NCBI GenBank assembly: GCA_965208675.1
Contig: OZ242351.1
Location: 4,320,001-4,384,000 of the forward strand
Length of the DNA: 64,000 nucleotides
Direction: 5' to 3'
Source of the DNA: Candidatus Poribacteria bacterium
Lineage (GTDB): Bacteria; Poribacteria; WGA-4E; PCPOR2b
Part shown: positions 57,337-64,000 of the stretch, in pieces
Numbering within the stretch: position 1 is the first letter of the stretch
How the letters are laid out: every line of letters starts with the position of its first letter
Translations under genes and position numbers: made by a program
The notes under the pieces: model-generated
What the model was told of the DNA's origin: nothing
The model's database searches: none
What the model saw: only the letters and a program-made list of their open reading frames with translations

Positions 57337-59175
57337 ATGAGAAAGGACGTGCAATCTATTGAGTCGGCTACGCTCCTGTTCGCCGGTGACTCCGGCGATG
57401 GCTCGCAGACGATTGGCACGCAAATGACAGAAGCGTCGGCGATTGCAGGGAACGATGTAGCGACGCTTCCGGACTACCCTGCGGAGATACGCGCACCTGC
57501 CGGTTCGCTAGCCGGCGTATCCGGATTCCAACTGCACTTCTCCAGCGAAACCATCCACACCCCCGGCGATACGTGCGATGTTTTGGTCGCAATGAATCCT
57601 GCGGCGTTGAGAGTTAATCTCGATAAGCTCAAGCCCAACGGCATTCTGATTGTCAACACGGACAATTTTGCAGCGCGGAATCTCAAGCTGGCTGGATACA
57701 CCGACAACCCCTTAGAGGACGGGTCGCTGGTAAAATACCAAATTTTTCCTGTGCCGTTAACGCGATTAACACGAGATTCGCTTAAAGGCACAAGCCTTAT
57801 GCAAAGAGAGGCTGACCGGTGCAAGAATTTTTTTGCGCTCGGAATGGTGTGCTGGCTGTACAACCGGCCGATGGATAACACCGTCAAGTTCATCAGAGAG
57901 AAGTACCGCAGTAAACCGCAGTATGTTGAAGCCAATACGATTGCATTGAAGGCGGGAAACGTCTATTGTGAAGCGACCGAGCAGTTCGCGACCTCTTATG
58001 AGGTCAAGCCGGCGCATTTTGAGCCGGGTACGTACCGCAATATTGAAGGCAACATGGCGGCAGCCTTTGGGCTGATTGCCGCCGCGCAACAGTCGGGGCT
58101 GCCGCTTGTATACGGGAGTTACCCCATTACGCCTGCGAGCTCGATACTCCACGAACTCGCGAAATATAAGAACTTTGGCGTTATCACGATGCAGATGGAA
58201 GACGAAATCGCAGCCATTGGCGCTGCGATTGGTGCGGCGTTTAGCGGCGCATTGGGTGCGACCGGCAGCAGCGGGCCCGGGCTTGCGCTCAAGTCGGAGT
58301 CGATTAACCTAGCGGTGATGGCGGAGTTGCCGCTGGTCATCTGCAACATCCAGCGGTCGGGCCCTTCGACGGGTATGCCGACGAAGACGGAACAGACGGA
58401 TTTGCTCCAGATGTTTTACGGACGCAACGGCGAGTCGCCCGTACCGATTATTGCGGCGTCGCGCCCGGCGGATTGCTTTGAAACCATCTATGAAGCCGCT
58501 CGAATCGCCGTTAAATACATGACGCCCGTGATTTTCATGTCCGAGCTTTATATCGCCTTCGGCGCCGAGCCGTGGCGTATCCCGAAGGTTTCGGATTTGC
58601 CGTCGATCAAGGTAAATTACGAAACCACCGCCGACGGGTTTCAGCCGTACATGCGCGACGAAAAGACGCTTGCCCGCCCCTGGGCTATCCCCGGCACGCC
58701 CGGTTTGGAACATCGGATTGGCGGCTTGGAAAAGGCGGACATTTCCGGAAACGTGAGTTATGACCCCGAGAACCATGAGCAAATGTCGCTGCTCAGGGCG
58801 GAAAAGGTGGCTCGAATTGCGGATGACATCCCGCCGACCGAGATATTTGGCGAACCAGAGGGCGAACTACTTGTATTGGCGTGGGGCGGAACCTACGGCG
58901 CGGTTAGAACCGCGGTCGAACACAAGCTAGGAGAGGGCGCGTCGGTGTCGCACGTGCACCTGCGTTATCTCAATCCGCTGCCGAGCGATCTCGGCGGTAT
59001 TCTCAAGCAGTTTGACAAGGTGCTTATACCCGAACTGAATTTCGGGCAACTGCTCAAACTGATTCGTGCGGAATTTTTGATAGACGCGGTTGGATTGAAT
59101 AAAGTGCAAGGCTTGCCGTTCTATGTTTTTGAGGTTGAAACTAAAATCGATGAGTTGCTAAGGGGCGATGCATGA
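57337..59175 (+). CDS. korA: 2-oxoacid:ferredoxin oxidoreductase alpha subunit
   Basis: FAGDSGDG, PAEIRAPAG, YPITPAS, EDEIAA, SGPG, GPSTGMPTK. Confidence 0.93.
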   Translation: MRKDVQSIESATLLFAGDSGDGSQTIGTQMTEASAIAGNDVATLPDYPAEIRAPAGSLAGVSGFQLHFSSETIHTPGDTCDVLVAMNPAALRVNLDKLKPNGILIVNTDNFAARNLKLAGYTDNPLEDGSLVKYQIFPVPLTRLTRDSLKGTSLMQREADRCKNFFALGMVCWLYNRPMDNTVKFIREKYRSKPQYVEANTIALKAGNVYCEATEQFATSYEVKPAHFEPGTYRNIEGNMAAAFGLIAAAQQSGLPLVYGSYPITPASSILHELAKYKNFGVITMQMEDEIAAIGAAIGAAFSGALGATGSSGPGLALKSESINLAVMAELPLVICNIQRSGPSTGMPTKTEQTDLLQMFYGRNGESPVPIIAASRPADCFETIYEAARIAVKYMTPVIFMSELYIAFGAEPWRIPKVSDLPSIKVNYETTADGFQPYMRDEKTLARPWAIPGTPGLEHRIGGLEKADISGNVSYDPENHEQMSLLRAEKVARIADDIPPTEIFGEPEGELLVLAWGGTYGAVRTAVEHKLGEGASVSHVHLRYLNPLPSDLGGILKQFDKVLIPELNFGQLLKLIRAEFLIDAVGLNKVQGLPFYVFEVETKIDELLRGDA

Positions 59176-60218
59176 GAAAGCGTACTTCCACTGAGATACC
59201 GGTAGCGGTGCCCACGTTAACCAAAAAGAATTTTGAATCGGATCAGGACGTCCGGTGGTGCCCGGGTTGCGGAGATTATTCGATACTGTCTCAAACGCAG
59301 CGAATTCTCCCGGATCTCGGCGTCCCGAAGGAGGATTTTGTTTTCATCTCCGGGATTGGCTGTTCGAGCCGGTTTCCGTATTACATGAACGCGTACGGTT
59401 TTCATACGATTCACGGTCGCGCGCCGACGGTTGCGGCTGGCGTAAAAGTCGCCCACCCGGAACTTTCGGTATGGGTGATTACGGGCGACGGCGATGCGCT
59501 GTCGATTGGCGGCAACCACTTTATCCACCTGATGCGGCGCAATTTCGACATCAACGTGCTGTTGTTCAACAACCAAATTTATGGGTTGACGAAGGGGCAG
59601 TATTCGCCCACGTCGGAACAGGGTAAAAAGACCTTCTCCACGCCGATGGGGTCGCTTGATAACCCGTTCAATCCGATCAGCCTCGCATTGGCATCGGGCG
59701 CGACATTTGTTGCCCGTTCGCTGGATAGGGACCCGGAACATCTACGGGGCGTCATCAAGGCGGCGTTTGAACACAAGGGCACGTCGTTTGTGGAGATTTA
59801 CCAGAACTGCAATGTTTATAACGACGGCGCGTTTTTCTCCTTTACGGAAAAGGAGACAAAAGCCGAGAACACGGTGTTTTTGGAACATGGAGAGCCGCTT
59901 GTTTTTGGCAAGGACCGCGACAAGGGTATCCGCCTGAACGAGTTTCAACCGGAGGTTTTTTCACTCACCGAGGGCAACTATTCGCCCGATGAACTCATCA
60001 AACACAACCAGTACGCCGAGAATCCAACGCTTGCGTACTTCCTTGCGCGGATGAGCGTGATACCGGATTTGCCGCATCCGATTGGCGTGTTTCGGAGCAT
60101 CCAGCACGCCTGCTATGAAGATTTGATGGCACAGCAGGTTGAGACGGCGAAGCGGCAGCGCGGCGAAGGCGATCTTGAGGCGCTGCTCAACGAAGCCGAT
60201 ACCTGGCGCGTTGAATAG
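59172..60218 (+). CDS. korB: 2-oxoacid:ferredoxin oxidoreductase beta subunit
   Basis: WCPGCGD, SGIGCSS, HGRAP, GDGD...NN TPP motif; ATGA overlap with the alpha gene. Confidence 0.93.
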   Translation: MRKRTSTEIPVAVPTLTKKNFESDQDVRWCPGCGDYSILSQTQRILPDLGVPKEDFVFISGIGCSSRFPYYMNAYGFHTIHGRAPTVAAGVKVAHPELSVWVITGDGDALSIGGNHFIHLMRRNFDINVLLFNNQIYGLTKGQYSPTSEQGKKTFSTPMGSLDNPFNPISLALASGATFVARSLDRDPEHLRGVIKAAFEHKGTSFVEIYQNCNVYNDGAFFSFTEKETKAENTVFLEHGEPLVFGKDRDKGIRLNEFQPEVFSLTEGNYSPDELIKHNQYAENPTLAYFLARMSVIPDLPHPIGVFRSIQHACYEDLMAQQVETAKRQRGEGDLEALLNEADTWRVE

Positions 60219-60315
60219 GACGCGGCACGGAACCGCACCGTATTCATTTGCCCTCAAGATACACACATGACTGCGCGGGCCATTTGCTCCCACCCTGAAC
60301 CGGTAAATTGTCAAT

Positions 60316-61371
60316 TTGCACATCAAACCATCCCAGATTCTCATTCCAATCCTCATCATAGTCATAGCGCTGCTCATTAACGCCCTCATCATGCTCGCGT
60401 GCGGTTACCAACCGGCGGCGGCATTTGCCGCGCTGTTTCAGGGGGCGTTGGGCGGACCGAAACAGGTCACAGAGACGTTTGTCAAAACGTGCCCGTTGCT
60501 GCTGACCGGGTTAGCGGTTGCGTTTGCGTTTCGGTGCGGCGTGTGGAACATTGGCGCCGAGGGGCAGTACCTTGCCGCCGCCTTGGTTGCGACGTGGATT
60601 GGGACATCGATTACATACCTGCCGTCAATTTTGCTGATTCCGCTGGTGCTGGCTGCAGGGTTTGCCGCGGGCGGGTTTTGGGCTGCGATTGCCGGGATAC
60701 TCAAGGCGTACCGCGGCGTCGGCGAAGTGATTAGCACCATCATGCTCAATTTCATTGCCATCCAACTGGTTAGCTATTCCGTTGACGGCGGGCCGCTGCA
60801 GGAGGCGTCGAAATCGTACCAGTGGAGCGATCGGATTGTCTCTAACGCGCTGCTGCCGCATCTCCTGCCGAAATCTTTGATTCCCGGCAACCGCTTCCAT
60901 TTGGGCATTCTGATCGCGTTAATGTCCGCATTGTGCTTGTATGTCGTGCTGTTTCAGACTTCGCTGGGTTATCAGATTCGTGCGGTCGGGAAAAACCAAG
61001 TCGCGGCGCGGGCGGCGGGGATTCAGGTTTCCAAGAATATTATCATTGCGATGTTGATTAGCGGCGGGCTGGCGGGGTTGGCGGGCGCCATTGAGTTGAC
61101 GGGGTTAAGCCCGCATCGGCTCGACCAGAGCGCTCCGGGTTACGGTTATACGGCAATCGCCGTGGCGTTGCTTGGGCGTTTGCACCCGATTGGGGTGGTT
61201 TTTTCGGCGCTGCTTTTTGGGGTTTTGCAAGCCGGGTCGGAGACGATGAAGTTGGAGGCGCAGGTTCCCACAAAATTGACGTGGGTGATTCAAGCCACGG
61301 TGTTGCTGCTGGTGTTGGGGGTTAGTATTTATGAGGCGAGGCGGGAGAAGATGAGGCGTTCAACCGAGTGA
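60316..61371 (+). CDS. Nucleoside/sugar ABC transporter permease (NupB/YufP-like)
   Basis: NIGAEGQ, EVISTIMLNFIA, G...RAVG.N..AA..AGI. Confidence 0.88.
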   Translation: MHIKPSQILIPILIIVIALLINALIMLACGYQPAAAFAALFQGALGGPKQVTETFVKTCPLLLTGLAVAFAFRCGVWNIGAEGQYLAAALVATWIGTSITYLPSILLIPLVLAAGFAAGGFWAAIAGILKAYRGVGEVISTIMLNFIAIQLVSYSVDGGPLQEASKSYQWSDRIVSNALLPHLLPKSLIPGNRFHLGILIALMSALCLYVVLFQTSLGYQIRAVGKNQVAARAAGIQVSKNIIIAMLISGGLAGLAGAIELTGLSPHRLDQSAPGYGYTAIAVALLGRLHPIGVVFSALLFGVLQAGSETMKLEAQVPTKLTWVIQATVLLLVLGVSIYEARREKMRRSTE

Positions 61372-61682
61372 ATAGCGAGGGATCAACCGACCGAATAGGG
61401 AGGGCGATAGTCTTCTCCTTTCCGGCCTATTCTAATCTTCTCCCAAACCCAGCGATTGTGTAGTATCGAGGCTAGGAAGCCTCTGCTACAGGTGGAGGTT
61501 GTGGTTAGGACGGCAGTAACCGCCCTCAGTCCCCCCTTGGTAAGAGTGAGGTTGAGGACTCCTAATTCCCCCCCTTACCAAGGGGGGGTTAGATCCTGGG
61601 CGTATTGAGGTTTGGGAGTTTCTGTCACGGTTGTTTACCGGAGTGTGCCTACTACTTTATCGCGGCTGGAAGCCGCTCCCAC
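61358..61682. repeat. Mosaic repeat cluster between two permease genes
   Basis: Family-B array 61358-61411; family-C REPs 61465-61490 and 61659-61682; CCCCCCTTACCAAGGGGGG palindrome near 61570-61588. Confidence 0.8.
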
Positions 61683-61700
61683 GAGCGGTAGGGGATTGGT

Positions 61701-62636
61701 ATGGTTCAAGATATTTTTGAGGCGACTGTGCGGCAGGCGACGCCGCTGCTGATTGTGGCGCTCGGCGAGGTTATTGTTCAGCGGTCGGGTGTCATCAATA
61801 TCGGGCTTGAAGGCATCATGATTTTCAGCGCATTTATCGGGTGGCTGGGTTCTTACGCCATTCAGAGCGCATCGCCGGAACTTGCGCCGTGGGCGGGTAT
61901 TCTGTTCGGCGGCGCCAGCGGCTTGCTGCTCGCCGCGTTTTTCGGTTTTTTCGCGCTGCGCTTGAAAACCGATCAGATTGTGACCGGCACCGGCATTAAC
62001 CTGTTGGCGTTCGGACTGGTGGAGGTGCTGTACCGCCGCATCTTCGGCGCGACCGGCAGGTCGCTCAAGGTGCCTATTTTTGAGCCGCTGCATATCCCGC
62101 TGTTGTCGGACATACCGTTTCTGGGCGGCATCTTGTTTCAGCACAATATTCTCGTCTACGGCGCTTTTCTGGCGGTGCCTGCGGCTTACTTTTACCTGTT
62201 TCACACCTATCCCGGATTGTCGATTCAGGCGTGCGGCGAACACCCGATGGCAGCGGATGCCGCCGGTGTCAGCGTGCCCGGGCTGCAAGCGAAATGTGTG
62301 CTATTTGGCGGGTTTATGGCGGGGATTGCCGGCGGTTACCTCTCGCTGGTCGACGTGCCGTACTTCAGCCCGGAGATGACCGCCGGGCGCGGCTTTATCG
62401 CGCTTGCAATCGTGGTGTTCGGCAAGTGGCACCCAGTCAAGGCTTGCGGCGCGGCGCTCTTGTTTAGCCTGTGCAACGCCGTGCTGAATCGGTTTCAGGC
62501 AATACCCGATCTCGGTTTTATCCCCTACCAGTTTTTCCTTATGCTGCCCTACATCTTGACGCTTCTGGTGCTCACGGGGTTTGTCGGGCAGGCGAGACAG
62601 CCAGCCGCGTTAGCCGTACCCTATGAACGGGAATAG
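61701..62636 (+). CDS. Nucleoside/sugar ABC transporter permease (NupC/YufQ-like)
   Basis: ATPLL..ALGE...RSGVINIGLEG, GEHP.AADAAG, GRGFIALA..FGKW.P, MLPY. Confidence 0.9.
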   Translation: MVQDIFEATVRQATPLLIVALGEVIVQRSGVINIGLEGIMIFSAFIGWLGSYAIQSASPELAPWAGILFGGASGLLLAAFFGFFALRLKTDQIVTGTGINLLAFGLVEVLYRRIFGATGRSLKVPIFEPLHIPLLSDIPFLGGILFQHNILVYGAFLAVPAAYFYLFHTYPGLSIQACGEHPMAADAAGVSVPGLQAKCVLFGGFMAGIAGGYLSLVDVPYFSPEMTAGRGFIALAIVVFGKWHPVKACGAALLFSLCNAVLNRFQAIPDLGFIPYQFFLMLPYILTLLVLTGFVGQARQPAALAVPYERE

Positions 62637-62683
62637 CGTCGCCCCGCATACTGCGCTTGCATACGCTCCGCCCGGATTCCATT

Positions 62684-63724
62684 TTACAACGGCAGGTCGA
62701 CCGATCTGCCCTGTTCAGCCGACAGGTAACAGGCTTGCATGAGTTCAGTCAGGTTGCGTCCATCCTGTATGGTGATAGTGGTGGGTTCGCCGTGCAGGAT
62801 GGCGTTAAACCACTGCTGCATCGGCGGGGGCGGCGGCGGCGGGCTGCAGGCGGCGTATTCCGCTTTTTCTTCGTCGGACAGGTTGCGCGTCTCGAAGTGG
62901 ATATTCTCTTGACCGACGGCGATGGAGTGAAGCGTTTCGAAGTGTTTATCGCCGTAACCGCTGACGATGGCGCCGTCGGTGCCGTAGAGTTCGAGCATGT
63001 TGGGCCCGTGCCGGTGCACCCAAGATACATCAACGACGCCGAGCGCACTGTTCTCAAATTCAATCACGGACGCGCTGTTGTCGTCGATGGGGTAGGTGCC
63101 ACGGTGGTTGTTAATCTTTGCGATAACGCTCTTGGGCGTGCCCATCAGCCACGGGACAACGTCCATTCGGTGGCAGCCGAGGTCAAACAGCGCACCGCCG
63201 CCGGCTCGTTTTGCGTCCGCGAACCAGATACTGGTGTCTCTGAGCCATCCATCGACCGCGGCGGGATGTGCGATACGTCCTCTGCCGAAGGTTAAATCGC
63301 CCAGCAGCCCGTCATTGACGGCTCTTTTGGCGAATAGGAGGCCGGCGTTGCAACGCGATGGCAGCGAAATCATGAATTTGACGCCCGCCTTTTCGACGGC
63401 GGCGATAATCTCGTCGCATTCGTCGACCGTGATTGCCAAGGCTTTTTCGGTGAAGATGTGTTTGCCAGCCTCCGCCGCGGCAATCATGACGCGCGGATGT
63501 TCCGATGTCGGCGCGTTGACGACGACGGCATCCACGTCGTCCAACTCGAGGATGGCGTCGAGGTCGGCGTAAAAGGGTGCGTTAAAGTCGCTCGCAGCTT
63601 CACGCCCGCCGTATTCCTCCTCGTCCCACACCGCAACGATTTGGGCGTCCGGGTTGTTTTGAACATCGTTAGCGTATCCTCTGGCGTGCGTGTGGGCGAA
63701 ACTCAACATTGCGACGTTGACCAT
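62684..63724 (-). CDS. Gfo/Idh/MocA family oxidoreductase
   Basis: AGKHIFTEK, GGGALFDLGCH; GGAGG RBS. Confidence 0.9.
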   Translation of the reverse strand: MVNVAMLSFAHTHARGYANDVQNNPDAQIVAVWDEEEYGGREAASDFNAPFYADLDAILELDDVDAVVVNAPTSEHPRVMIAAAEAGKHIFTEKALAITVDECDEIIAAVEKAGVKFMISLPSRCNAGLLFAKRAVNDGLLGDLTFGRGRIAHPAAVDGWLRDTSIWFADAKRAGGGALFDLGCHRMDVVPWLMGTPKSVIAKINNHRGTYPIDDNSASVIEFENSALGVVDVSWVHRHGPNMLELYGTDGAIVSGYGDKHFETLHSIAVGQENIHFETRNLSDEEKAEYAACSPPPPPPPMQQWFNAILHGEPTTITIQDGRNLTELMQACYLSAEQGRSVDLPL

Positions 63725-63753
63725 GATTGTGCCTCCTAGTTTTTGTAGTTTTT

Positions 63754-64000
63754 GTAGGTTGGGTTAAGCGGTGTAAATGAGAGGCGCGAAAAATGTCGAA
63801 TGGATATCGGTATTCGAATATGTGCGGTAATTGTTAAAGGGTAGCGAACCCAACGATCAACCGACCGAATAGGATCAACCGAGTGAATAACGAGGGCGAT
63901 AGTTTTCAACTACGATAGTCTTGTTTTAATTGCGAGGCGTTCAGGTCACCGCGCGACGTTCGTAAATACGAAAAGCGTTGGGATCAACTGAGCGAACAGC
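63754..64000. repeat. Family-A REPIN interrupted twice by family-B arrays (runs off the window)
   Basis: Colinear with 48692-48858 except for B insertions at 63855-63919 and 63982-64000. Confidence 0.85.

Noticed and set aside
48657-64000. CRISPR array interpretation of the short repeats
   Set aside because: Units abut with no unique spacers, arrays have only 1-2 units, and there are no cas genes in the window.

Overview
Chromosomal bacterial window with about 50 genes. It is most consistent with Candidatus Poribacteria, inferred from five LamG/ConA-like proteins ending in AV-x3-(G)KLA-x-TWG-x-LK, a DUF6785-type transporter, and Gfo/Idh/MocA, HpcH and PQQ-propeller genes. Housekeeping genes include recQ, queF, hflKC, lipA, nfuA, dapL, mqnD, pduO, cspA, dusB, smpB-ssrA, korAB and two RpoD-family sigma factors. 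Features not explained by the ORF track: (1) a TlpA-like selenoprotein split at an in-frame TGA (UxxC) with a SECIS hairpin; (2) a non-palindromic 23-nt modular repeat (GATCAA + hairpin, arrays ending GCGATAGT) whose variants show compensatory base changes around tandem G.A pairs, and which invades gene ends and other repeats; (3) several nested families of GTAG-type REP/REPIN elements plus a MITE, with no transposase in the window; (4) a T9SS-like module (type-B-CTD-like cargo, PorP/PorV-like barrel, large Ca-binding outer-membrane protein) and a shared C-terminal sorting-like motif on the LamG proteins; (5) a GH32 with altered catalytic motifs; (6) a GC-rich TonB-dependent receptor just after tmRNA. 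All calls come from reading motifs by eye; no database searches were run.
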